A program made the position numbers and the translations under genes. This document shows, piece after piece, positions 1 to 11,001 of a DNA stretch of 64,000 nucleotides. The notes beneath the pieces were generated by a model. That model was not told where the DNA came from, did not search any database, and saw nothing but the letters and a program-made list of their open reading frames with translations. Position 1 is the first letter of the stretch. The number at the start of each line of letters is the position of its first letter. Source of the DNA: Marsupella aquatica (Eukaryota > Plantae > Marchantiophyta); contig OZ316898.1 in NCBI GenBank assembly GCA_973895155.1, positions 16,165,420 to 16,229,419 on the forward strand. Direction: 5' to 3'.

Positions 1-257
1 ATCGCGCATGCTAAAGTGCATACCAAACAATGTCGGTTGCAGCTCTAACTTTGCCAGTGATACATTCTCGCTGTTTCCAATGCTCTGGCAAAGTCTGAGC
101 TTAAACCGCAACCGATTGCCCTTCCAACTCGAAGTGAAATTTTGCCCCGAGCTCAGAATCGCAAAACTGGAGACGTAGCAGATCGCGCATGCTAAAGTGC
201 ATACCAAACGATGTCGGTTGCAGCTCTAACTTTGCCAGTGATACATTCTCATTGTTT
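1..257 (-). repeat. 181-bp tandem monomer array (>=1.4 units, runs off window), inverted relative to 401-902
   Basis: atcgcgcatgctaaagtgcataccaaac at 1 and 182 (period 181); reverse complement of the units at 401-902. Confidence 0.95.
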
Positions 258-400
258 TCGTTGCATTAAAGGCTTTACTTGTGTTGCTTTCGTTGTGATG
301 TCCTCTGTTCACGTCCTTTGATGAACAAGGTGAGCAGGAGGTCGACTTGCCTCGCCAACAGTACGGCTAGAGTTTCAGCAGTACGCCCTCCACATTCGCG

Positions 401-902
401 AGTTTCGCGATTCTAAGCTCGGGGCAAAATTTCACTTCGAGTTGGAAGGGCAATCGGCTGCGGTTTAAGCTCAGATTTTGCCAGAGCATTGGAAACAGCA
501 AGAATGTATCACTGGCAAAGTTAGAGCTGCAACCGACATCGTTTGGTATGCACTTTAGCATGCACGATCCATGACGTCTCCAGTTTCGCAATTCTGAGCT
601 TGGGGCGAAATTTCACTTCGAGTTGGAAGGGAAATCGGCTGCGGTTTAAGCTCAGACTTTGCCAGAGCATTGGAAACAGCGAGAATGTATCATTGGCAAA
701 GTTAGAGCTGCAACCGACATCGTTTGGTATGCACTTTAGCATGCACGATCTGCTACGTGTCCAGTTTCGGGATTCTGAGCTTGGGGCGAAATTTCACTTC
801 GAGTTGGAAGGGCAATCAGCTGCGGTTTGAGCTCAGACTTTGCCAGAGTGTTGCAAACAACGAGAGTGTATCACTGGCAAAGGTAGAGCTGCAACTGACA
901 TC
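401..902 (+). repeat. 181-bp tandem monomers (~2.8 units) directly upstream of LINE ORF1; candidate monomeric 5'UTR/promoter
   Basis: agtttcg..attct starts at 401, 582, 763; array ends ~65 bp before the ORF1 ATG; CpG-rich versus the CpG-poor LINE body. Confidence 0.9.
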
Positions 903-967
903 CTCTACTGCTCCCAATTTCTATTTGTCGTCTAAGAGTACATTCTAACAACAGTTTCAGCTTTGTG

Positions 968-1738
968 ATGGCAACGGAGGAGATTGCCCATCTCAAGGCT
1001 TTGCTTGAGAAAATCTTAGTTGTGGTTGAAAACTCCACAATTGAGATTACCACACTCAGCAAGGAGGTGACGGAGCTAAAGAATGAGAATGTCAAGCAAA
1101 AGAGGTTGATTAGTGATCTTCGATCTCAAACTCAGGAGAATGGTAAGCAACTCTCATTGCTTGCATCGTGTTTTGGAGACATGGAGAAGAGTATGTGCCC
1201 AGAGAAATCAGTGATACATGAGGCTGTAGGGGAGATTGAGGAAAAGCTCAAAACCTTTGCACAGGCTGCAAAACAATCACATATGGAATTTGTCCAATCC
1301 AAGGAGGAGGAGAGGAGAGCACTAGAGGAAGAACACAAGAACCAGCATGCAAGAGTCAGCAACTGCAAAATATCAGGCCTTGTTGAGGAGGAGAAGGAAG
1401 ACACCAAGAAGGTAGCAATTTCATTCTTCCAATCTCAGATGAAAGTGCATGACCCTATCATTTTGCAAGCATATAGGATTGGGCAAAAGAAAGGGGACCT
1501 TCCACGTCCAATCTTGGTGAAGTTTGCAGCTGAATCCGAGAAAGCTAGAGTGATGGCTAACAGGAGCATGCTTAAAGGGCTAAGGATTTGGTTGGATGAT
1601 GATCTGACTCCCACACAAGTCCAAGCAAGGAAAATTGAGCTTGAGAAGGTGAGGGTAGCCAAAGACCAAGGATTGGTAGCCTACTTGCGCAATGGACAAG
1701 CTGTTGTTACCAATAAGAAGAGAGTTGTTTCTAAATGA
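968..1738 (+). CDS. LINE ORF1p: coiled coil + RRM/CTD (Transposase_22/L1-type RNA-binding protein)
   Basis: Heptad-rich N-half; motifs NCKISGLVE, AYRIG, PRPILVKF, IWLDDDLT. Confidence 0.85.
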   Translation: MATEEIAHLKALLEKILVVVENSTIEITTLSKEVTELKNENVKQKRLISDLRSQTQENGKQLSLLASCFGDMEKSMCPEKSVIHEAVGEIEEKLKTFAQAAKQSHMEFVQSKEEERRALEEEHKNQHARVSNCKISGLVEEEKEDTKKVAISFFQSQMKVHDPIILQAYRIGQKKGDLPRPILVKFAAESEKARVMANRSMLKGLRIWLDDDLTPTQVQARKIELEKVRVAKDQGLVAYLRNGQAVVTNKKRVVSK

Positions 1739-1750
1739 TGGATCGGGACC

Positions 1751-2740
1751 TTGAGAGTCATGGCATGGAATGTTTCAGGACTTTCCATAGAAACAGCAAT
1801 TGGAGGGGAACCTTTGTTTGAGAATTTTGACATCTTGCTTTTCACGGAGACTTGGGAATATGAGGGAAATGCTCTACCTAGCATTAAAGGCTTTACTTGC
1901 ATACAATCCATCTTCAATGAGAAGAAGACCACACGGGGAAGAGGGTTTGGAGGCATTGCTGTCTACACCAAGAATCAACTTCAACACATCACCTCTATTG
2001 AGCATGAAGATCCCAGCAAACAGTTCATGGTGGTGAGACTTCATACTCTATCATTTCTGATTGTCACCTACTTTGCTCCCCTTAATATGAATGTCTATAA
2101 GATGGGAATTGCTGATGCACATTATCCATTTCATAGGTTAATCCAAGTCATTCATGATATATCACCACTAGGGGAGACATGGATAGTGGGGGACTTTAAT
2201 GCCAGGATATCTAATGAACAATTTACTGAAAGTGAGGACTTAGGAACTTTACCTTGGTCATCATGTAGTGAAGAGCTACCTTGGGTGAGAGAGGCTCTTG
2301 ACACCAGAACAAATGACATGACACGTCACTTTTTGCATTTGGGAGCTTCTTGTAATCTAAGAATATTGAATGGGCTTGAGAGATTTCCCCAATCATCTGG
2401 TTACACTTTTAGATCTAAACAAGGATGTAGTACCATTGATTACCTTCTTGCCACACCTACCTCTGCCACTAGAGTGGTTGACTTTCAAATACTTGATCAA
2501 CAACCAGAGTCTTCACACTTGCCTTTGTTGTTCCATCTTGACCTGACCACAATCCCAAACAAAGTGCATAGAAAGCCAGTACCCAAACCTCTGTTTCTAG
2601 ACCCTGATAGAGAAGTCATCTTCAAAGCCAACTTTGAACATCTTCTCCATACCCTGGATGATCAGATTGAGCTCTCAGAAGTCATAGTACAAGCAGCAGC
2701 CTCTACTTTCTCCACCAAACCCCCAGAAAGCAAAACATGA
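1751..2740 (+). CDS. LINE apurinic-like endonuclease (N-terminal part of ORF2)
   Basis: WNVSGL, LFTETW, GGIAVY, GDFNAR, STIDY, SSHLP (SDH variant); first in-frame ATG at 1760. Confidence 0.9.
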   Translation: MRVMAWNVSGLSIETAIGGEPLFENFDILLFTETWEYEGNALPSIKGFTCIQSIFNEKKTTRGRGFGGIAVYTKNQLQHITSIEHEDPSKQFMVVRLHTLSFLIVTYFAPLNMNVYKMGIADAHYPFHRLIQVIHDISPLGETWIVGDFNARISNEQFTESEDLGTLPWSSCSEELPWVREALDTRTNDMTRHFLHLGASCNLRILNGLERFPQSSGYTFRSKQGCSTIDYLLATPTSATRVVDFQILDQQPESSHLPLLFHLDLTTIPNKVHRKPVPKPLFLDPDREVIFKANFEHLLHTLDDQIELSEVIVQAAASTFSTKPPESKT

Positions 2741-4944
2741 AGGCTTGGTTTGACGAGGATTGTGCTAGAGCAAGGATGCAAGCAAGATCACATTCAGGGG
2801 AAAAGAGACTTTTGGCATTCACTATGTACAAGAACTTCATCAAACACAAGAAGAGGTGCTTCTTGAAGAGTCATCAACAATCACTATGTGAGGAGTTCAT
2901 CAAACATCCAAAACGTTTTTGGGAGAGAATGCAATCAGGCAAGACTACTCCCCCCTTGGATCACCAGGACCTGGTAACCTATGTCACATCCTTGTATTTC
3001 TTTCCAGATGCTAGTGGCATGCCTTTGCCCCTTGGGGACACCATTCAGTTTACAGAGAGGGAGGTGAAGGTGCATCTTTCCCACATGCAACATGGGAAAG
3101 CTAAAGATCTGTTGGGCCTGAACTTGGAGCTTCTTTTGTGGGGAGGACCCTCTTTATTAACAAACTTGGTGCATGAGCTGAATCAAGCAATGGCTTTAGG
3201 TTTACCTAAAGCTTGGATGACCAGAAGAGTGGTGCCTATCTTCAAGGCAGGCAACAAGGACGATGTGCACAACTACAGAACCATCATGGTAGGCAATACT
3301 TTTGCTAAAGTTTTGGGAGGACTACTTGAAGCCAGATTAAGCTCTTGGTTGGAGAGTGAGATGAAAAGGGCACCTTCACAAGCAGGTTTTAGGAGAGAAT
3401 TCAGCACTATGGATCACATTCTCTGCTTGAGGGTGTTGTGTGAAAAGGCCAAATCTCCACATAAACCATTATTTTGCTTGTTTGTGGACTTCTCCAAGGC
3501 CTTTGACAAAGTTTCCCGATCCAAACTTTGGGATAGGATGGTGGAGTTGGAAGTGCCTGAAGAGCTCAGGTTGGCTGTTTCTAAATTGTACCAAGAAGTG
3601 CGCATCAAACTTTCAAAGGAAACCTCTGAAGAAATCTGGAGCACTCTTGGGGTGATCCAAGGTTGTCCTCTCTCACCAACTCTATTTGGCATCTTCATTG
3701 ATCAGCTACACAACATTTTGGAGGAGCATGGTGGAGTTGGCACTCAATTGGGTAGGTTTGTCCTCCAACTTCTTATATTTGCAGATGATGTGGTCCTACT
3801 TGCTCATGCTCAAGAAGCTTTGCAAAGACATCTCAATGCCTTGGAGGAGTTTTGTCAAGCAACAGGGATGGTAGTCAACCTCAAGAAGACCAAGTGTTTG
3901 GGCATTGGCACACGACAAAATCCAGAGCTCTACTTCCAAGGGAATCTGGTGGAATTTGTGAGGACCTACAAATACCTTGGGGTGGAGTTCTCTCAAAACT
4001 TGAGTTGGGCCTCATGTGTAAAATCTAGGGCTGCCAATGGGTACAGAGCTTTTTATGCATTCATGAACAAATGCAAAAGAGCTGGTCTACACACTTGGAG
4101 GTTAAGGAAACATCTCTTTGGAGCTTTGGTGAAACCAGTCATTCTTTATGGAGCACCAATTTGGGGAGCAGGTGTGTCTAAATCTGGGTGGCAACAGATT
4201 GAGGGGCTGCAAAAGCTATTTCTTGAGATGGAGCTTGGGATCAAGTCACAAACCCCATATACACTTACACTTGCAGAGGCAGGCTTGTTTCCTTTGGAGG
4301 TGGAGGCACTCTTCCACACACTCAAATACATCATGCGTGTAAGAGAGTTGGAGGAAAACAGATTTCCTTTTCATGCCTTGCGCTCATCTTCAGCTAAAGG
4401 GTGGTATGCAGATGTGTGCAGGTGGGCCCATGCTTGGGATTTTCCTGAACATGAATGGCCAACACACCCAACCAAGCTAAGAGCAAAACTTGAGCAAAAG
4501 GCTTTGCACAAACTTTGGCATGAACCTAGCCCACGGCAGCAATACTACATGAGAGATGTGAACCCCATGAAGAAATATCGAGAACAAGAATACTTATCTA
4601 GCACTATCTCAGTACAACTTAGACAACTTATTGCTCAGTATAGACTAAGCTCACACCACCTTGAAGTAGAACAAGGGAGATGGAGGGATATTGACAGGAA
4701 AAAGAGGGTTTGTCAACTATGTGATAGCTCTAGTATAGAGAATGAATATCATGTATTCATTGCTTGCAAGTTTTATGAGGGGGTTAGGATGGCATCTCAA
4801 ATCTTGGTGAAAGATTTGTATGCATTGTTTGGTCTGCCCCCTCAGCAACTTGGAAGATATATCTTTGCGGTGGATAGGGAAAGGAGAATAGGTTTGGAAA
4901 ATCTTTCAGGGCTCTCTAGGTCCATAGTTTCTTTGAGGACATAG
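2737..4944 (+). CDS. LINE reverse transcriptase + C-terminal CCHC-type domain (735 aa)
   Basis: WFDEDC, NYRTI, QAGFR, DFSKAFD, GVIQGCPLSPTLF, FADD, YKYLG; ATG overlaps the EN stop (ATGA). Confidence 0.95.
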   Translation: MKAWFDEDCARARMQARSHSGEKRLLAFTMYKNFIKHKKRCFLKSHQQSLCEEFIKHPKRFWERMQSGKTTPPLDHQDLVTYVTSLYFFPDASGMPLPLGDTIQFTEREVKVHLSHMQHGKAKDLLGLNLELLLWGGPSLLTNLVHELNQAMALGLPKAWMTRRVVPIFKAGNKDDVHNYRTIMVGNTFAKVLGGLLEARLSSWLESEMKRAPSQAGFRREFSTMDHILCLRVLCEKAKSPHKPLFCLFVDFSKAFDKVSRSKLWDRMVELEVPEELRLAVSKLYQEVRIKLSKETSEEIWSTLGVIQGCPLSPTLFGIFIDQLHNILEEHGGVGTQLGRFVLQLLIFADDVVLLAHAQEALQRHLNALEEFCQATGMVVNLKKTKCLGIGTRQNPELYFQGNLVEFVRTYKYLGVEFSQNLSWASCVKSRAANGYRAFYAFMNKCKRAGLHTWRLRKHLFGALVKPVILYGAPIWGAGVSKSGWQQIEGLQKLFLEMELGIKSQTPYTLTLAEAGLFPLEVEALFHTLKYIMRVRELEENRFPFHALRSSSAKGWYADVCRWAHAWDFPEHEWPTHPTKLRAKLEQKALHKLWHEPSPRQQYYMRDVNPMKKYREQEYLSSTISVQLRQLIAQYRLSSHHLEVEQGRWRDIDRKKRVCQLCDSSSIENEYHVFIACKFYEGVRMASQILVKDLYALFGLPPQQLGRYIFAVDRERRIGLENLSGLSRSIVSLRT

Positions 4945-5051
4945 TTGTCCTCTTCTGAGCAATCTCTTTTGGTTGCTCTTTTCTTTGATTGCATTGTACT
5001 TTACTTTTTGTGGCAGCTCCTTTGACTTTCATGGTCCCGGAGCTTATAATA

Positions 5052-5072
5052 CATTACCATTACCATTACCAT
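5052..5072 (+). repeat. (CATTAC)3.5 LINE 3' microsatellite tail
   Basis: cattaccattaccattaccat, 107 bp after the RT stop. Confidence 0.85.
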
Positions 5073-8000
5073 AACAGCAACCACCTAAACTAATCAGTTC
5101 CCACTCATTGTCTTGGTTCCAACTACAGGTCATAGTATACACATAGCATGAAACGTGCATAGTACATATTTGATTCTGAGTTTATGAGTTTCCTAAGACA
5201 AAGAGCTTGGTGATAAACCCATATTCTCGATGGACATGTATATCAATCATATTAAAATCCTGTTTTTTCATCCAGAAAGACCGAAAGTCTCACCTTGCAG
5301 GTTGCAGCAGAGAGAAAATTCACTGGTTGTCGTGTTGTGCAAGTGAACCTCCACTGATGCCCCCGGTGTAGCCCCTCAGATGCAGGTGACACTTACCAAC
5401 TCCCAAGTTGCCTGGTCTAACAGAAAATGCTTATATCTTCAGAACTTTATAGAGCAAGTACATGATCACATACTTCTGGATCTATTCATATTTGGAACTC
5501 TTGCCAACTACAACTCCCATTATGCACAAGCTCACATCAACAGAGAAAAATACAGAATGCATACTTACTATGGCTCTAAGCACCTTCACTACCTTGTTGA
5601 ACCCAGTCCTGAAGTCTTTTCAGCGTGTTTGTTGTGCTGTCTCCTTTGGCACCCAACACCTTAGTCCTTGATGTAACAGAATGCGATTTTACAAGTTAGA
5701 TGCTTTGGAACCTTCTATGGTCTTAGCTGAATTGATGTCATCGTAAGTGGTGAAAGACAAGGAAGACGAAAGCTGGTTGAAGAGCTGTGGACAACACACT
5801 AGCATGAAGTGCTTCAACCAATCCACTGCCAAACGGAACTCTTACACAGTCACATTCTTTCAGTAAACAGAAACTCAATCAAACTTCATAATCAAAGTAC
5901 AGACTCTGAAGGACCAAAGGAGGATGTTGTGAGTTTCTCTGTTGTTTAATGTGTTACCCTTCTAGTTTCGAAGTTAGCAAATGCTGAATAATGTGTCTAC
6001 CAGATCTTCGAAAAGAAGCCCACCACAATTAAGAACTTTGGTATCTGGGTGAGGTATCAGAGTTGTACAGGTTATCCCAACATGTACAAGAAATATTGTG
6101 ATACCACATTAAACAACCACACAGCAGATGTATGATGAGATGGCTTCTTGTCATAGAGTTCGGTTCCCTTGCATCCAGATCATCAAGACTACGACAGTCC
6201 CTGTCTCTCTGTGCAAGCGAGAAAGTACCAAGTAGTTCCATGATTCAAAGATCAAGTTCCCCTTGACGTACCGCAAGATTCAACCTCCATCGCGAAAGCT
6301 AAAGACGACTTACAAGGCCACCAAGCCCAACACATTTGTTTGAGTAGTGCGGGTGTAGGTTCCCAATTTTGAAACAATTTGGCTCATTTTATGTCCCGAG
6401 GGACTCCAGGAGTTTATGTATTGAGTTTCTAGGTCAAGATGCTTAATATAAGGAAATTCAATTATCACCTCGTTCCCAACTTCTATTAATTGAATATACA
6501 CAAGCTGGAAGCAAGAAGACAAGCCACAATCTAGCATCTTAGCCAAACACAATCGTCCCGACAAAGCAAAACTCAGCTGGACAGAAGTCACTCGGATCCA
6601 CAAAAAATTGAAGATTCACCTCCAAGCCGGAGGCCGATCACTTCAGTACAGCAGCTTCTGGACGGAACAAACTCTGCTCAGCCCCACAAAAACACAAATG
6701 TTAAGGCTCCAAGTCAGAGCTCACAAACAGAAACTCAGATAAATAACATTCAAAATCTGTCCAGGTTTGTGCAAAGTGTACATATTCATTCTTCTGGAAT
6801 GAACACGCAATGCATACATCGCCTAGACACAGTCATTATAAATCATTGGGCAATTGGGGACCACTAAGCAGGTGTGTTCCTATTTCGAGGCTACAAGAAA
6901 GGATAGAGTGACACCAAACTGAAGAGTACACCAAAAGAAAAACAGCAAGAACCAAAGTCAATCATGTGTGGATATTTTGCACATGGGAAGTTCCCCTGAA
7001 GAAGCACCAGTTGCTAACATTGTCACCCGAACCACACCCAGTTTATTACCTCAATGTCTTCAGCCTCAATATCCAATCCTCAGCCCCCTGGTGCTTCCGT
7101 GTTTGTTCTGAAAATTTCTGTGATGAAATAATTATTCAATACATTCAATAGCAAAGAGAACTCAATCACAAAAGAAAAATAGTTAGTGTGAATGCTAATT
7201 TCTCAACACTTAACTAAATTCAAACCACCAATTCAAGTAGTAAGTTTCAAAAACTTGCCTTTACATGAAGAGAAACCAATTGGCCATGCATGTTACTAAA
7301 GCAATAAACAAATAATTAGGCTCAACCCCGGGCTCAACACACAGGCAAACTACTCGAAACATGCTGCTGAGAAGTAACATTTTTTGAATGTCAGACTATG
7401 TGTAAGTGCCATGATCGTGCTCCTACGTTTCACAAGGAGGGCTGGCCCGAAAGGGAGAAGCAACAATGTGGAGTCTATACACGTAGCACAAATCCCAGTT
7501 TAGAAGGGTGGATGAAGTTCAGACAAGAGTTCAGAACTTGCCATTTGAGATTGCCAATCTGAACTTCACATTCAGACAGGACTTCATCCAGTTCAGGAGT
7601 TCAGATAGGAGTTCAGACAATCTGAAGAGGACTTTGGACTTGAATGAGGGACAGCGTGGCCATATAGTTATCCTTGTGGCCTTCAGCTGCGTGTCTCAGG
7701 CTGAATTTCACTTTCCAGTTTCGAGAGTTCTGAAGGTCTAGTTTTAGTAACTTCCTCCTGACTCGACTTGGGAGCATTCTCCCTATTTGCTAGCTTGTAG
7801 TTAGCTTTGACTCCTGTGAGCTTAGTTGACGACCCTCTTGAGATATTAACAATTAGAACAAACACAAGTTGTCAAGACAGATTCCACCGGAGCAAAAAGT
7901 CCAAAATCAGGTGAAAGAAAACCTAAGGAAAGTCCATAAGAACGAAAGTAGGAAGGCAGGTGCACGGGCCACCGAGAAAAGTAAAGGATGCATGTGATTA

Positions 8001-8182
8001 GTGGGGAGGGATCTTAGCAAAAATAGGGGAAAGCAAGGGAACTTGCTGCTAAAATCAGCTGAACGATTGCACGGTTCCTATAAATTTAGTGGACCTTAAG
8101 GCCATCTGTTCAGCCCCCCACCCCATTGCCAGAGCACGGGGCACAAGGCATGTTCTGATACAGGGAGGAGCAAAACAGTCAT

Positions 8183-9228
8183 GTCAAGCAAGAAATGTGG
8201 AGAGACCAATCAGTAAGCAAAAATAGGGGAGAACATACATACATGATCAGCAGCAGCAGGAAACAAGAAAGATGATTTTGGGTGGCATCTTAGGGTCGGG
8301 GACACCACTGCAACACCGGGACTTAGGATATGAGTTGTTCTTAATCTGCTAGTAGCATCCGGCAGGCCGGCGACCCATGGCAAAAGGGTAGAGCAACAAT
8401 CCGCTAAAACTACCGAGTCTCACCTTTGCGCTACTGACTGTCACCTTTGTCCAAGGTAGCTAGTAATAGCAAGTTGAAGTCCCGCTCCAAGTTGTCGGCT
8501 TCCACTCCAAGCTCCCTAAAAGATTGTGGCCTCAGGTCCAAGTCGTTAGCTCGCACGCGCAACTCCCTAAACCTACACACAGCGGAAGCTTAGCTCACCA
8601 ACAACTTGCAGAAACAATGACCTCCCCTCTGAAACTGATAAAAACACCTGAATACAAATAGTGAAGCACGAGGACAGAACAGGGAGAAGCGTTTTGCAGT
8701 TTGGGACGACAATGCTAGGAGTGTATACACTTCGGGCAACAGGGAGGTCCAATAATAGTTTGAATCTGACGGATGAAGCTCTAGGCGAATGAGCTCCAGG
8801 AGATTGGGTGCATGATTGAGTAGGCAATTGTAACAGCAGGCACCTGGCGATTGAAGGAAGCAGCATTCGGCAATGGACCTAGGCAGCTCGCGAATTTTGC
8901 TCAGCAGCGATGTCACCTAGACCCTAAACACGCAATGCATACATCACCTAGACAACTATACTTGCAGCCACGAGGTGAGTCCGCGATAGGGGATTGAAGG
9001 AAGCAGCAAGTCAAGCAAGAAGCGTGGAGAGACCAATCAGTAAGCAAAAATAGGGGAGAATAGACATACATCAGCAGCAGCAGGAAACAAGAAAGATGAT
9101 ACTCTGTTCCATCTTAGAGTCGGGGACACTACTGCAACACCGGGACTTAGGATATGACTTGTTTTTAAACTGGAGATAGCATCCAGCAGGCCGGCGACCC
9201 ATGCCAAAAGGGCAGAGCAGCAATCCGC
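8183..9228. repeat. Diverged ~220-bp direct repeats (8183-8404 and 9010-9228)
   Basis: Shared gagagaccaatcagtaagcaaaaataggggagaa, cagcagcaggaaacaagaaagatgat, actgcaacaccgggacttaggatatga. Confidence 0.85.
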
Positions 9229-11001
9229 CATGTAGCGATAGGCGAGAGCAGCGATTACGACGATGAAAGATGGTCAAAGCTGAAGCAAAACCCCTAAAGA
9301 TGCAGCTTGGCCATACTCTCTTTCCTCACCTCATAGCGCTAGGCATTCAACCTCCCTCTTCAATGAACCTCACAACAGCTTGAAGGTCGATAGATTTTAC
9401 CTCGTCTCCTGAGCAGAAACGTCTGCATTAGCTGAACAGAGCCCGGAACAGAGCTATCGCATTTAGCCTCCCGACTCCAAAATTGAACGCAACACAACCT
9501 CCAACTCCCAATGGCAGCTCAGTAGGTTGATCAGCTCGGTCAATGCAGGTCAGTCGACCTCAATAGCCACACTAGAAGCTCACCGCAAGTCACTCAAAGG
9601 TCAGACTAGAAGCTCCGCCGCCTTCACACCGTAGCAAAAAACAATGAGACCAATATCGAGCAAGGCGACCCTGTTTGAATATTTGGCGACCATCAGGCTC
9701 CACCCCTCCTTTCTCGCTACCGTTCCCCCATGTGATGGTTAAGCTTCTGAGGACACAATCAATCGCACAAATGTAGCTTAAAGCAGGACCTCACTAAGCA
9801 GACTATCGGTTAGGACCTTATAGACATAGAGATAGATAGGTCAATGCAACCTTACTTGGGCCGATGCAGCATGTCTCTTCACAATGTGAAGCAGCGCAGC
9901 ATTCCTCCACCTAGCTCGCAGTGATCCTCCGCCTTGCTTGCAGTAACCAGCCTCCGCCTAGCTAGTTTGCACTGTCACGGCTGCAACTTTTTGTGCAATG
10001 ACTTGGCCCTCCTACCAACTACGAGCTCCCAAAAGTATGTCGAGCAGATGTACACTCAGGCACCACCTCGTAGAGCTCAACTCCAAGTCGGCAGCTCTCA
10101 CTTGAAACTCAATAGCAGCTTAGCTCACCAGCAGGTTGAAAAGCGACAATGGACTCCCCTCAAAACTGATTGGCAGACCTCCACACTGACGCTCGTAGCA
10201 GGCCCAATCCTAAACACATTTGCACCCTAAAGTCCAGTCGCGCTCAAACACTTTCAAACGACCCTGCAGGAAGTTCGCGAAGAGTGCAGCTGGAATGAAG
10301 GTCGTCGACTCCCAATTTCCCTCGCAAAACCAACCTCTGCGGCACACTGACCCTGAACACTTAGGGCAAGTAGTACCCCCAAAATCTCTCGCAAAACCAA
10401 CCTCCAAGGTACACTGACCCTGAGGGAAAGTAGTACCCCTCACATGTGGGCAGCCATCGAGTGACTTAGCAAACAGGTTGGTTTGGACATAAAAGAACCA
10501 ATGCAAATGACTTAGCAAAAAGTTCAATGTGGGGAGAGTGCACTTTGGTCAAGAACAAGGCCAAATATAGTCAGGTATGAATCCACATTATAAGTGAAAG
10601 TACCCACCATTCTGATGAAAACCCCCATATTTATACCCATTATATTTGGACTTATTGAACCATGAGTGTGCAATATGTAGTTGCACCGGGAGTTGCATAT
10701 TAGGGATTGGCATCCGAAATTGGCTAATGGGGTATGCATGCTGACGGAATTTTAAAAAATGATGTCCAATTCATATTGCACTATTGTGGAGTAACTAACA
10801 TAACTTACCTATTTCTTACTTACTAGTGTTACAATAGCGACATTGGATAAAGTTGTAAGCATGACTTCCCACAACCTCACCAAAACTTAGTTGGTATGAT
10901 GTAACTAACATGACACCCACAAACTTGGAGTCGCATATTTATGAAGGTCTCGCACAAGTCACATAGGGGAGGGTCTCAGAATGGGTGGTTTTCTTCTAGT
11001 G

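Larger units (their letters stand above)
401..5072 (+). mobile_element. Non-LTR retrotransposon (LINE), RTEX-like, near full length
   Basis: ORF1 + APE endonuclease + RT + C-terminal RLSSHHLEVEQGRW..CQLC..ENEYHVFIAC motif + (CATTAC)n tail; 5' boundary and TSD not found in the window. Confidence 0.9.

Noticed and set aside
1-902. CRISPR-like or centromeric array
   Set aside because: No unique spacers and eukaryotic context; too few units visible to call centromeric
367-948. Four similar short ORFs on both strands
   Set aside because: By-products of the 181-bp repeat (period not a multiple of 3)
5280-6700. Minus-strand splice-donor-like motifs suggesting a gene
   Set aside because: No consistent reading frame or recognisable protein could be assembled
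8183-9228. TRIM element
   Set aside because: No TG..CA ends, TSD, PBS or PPT found
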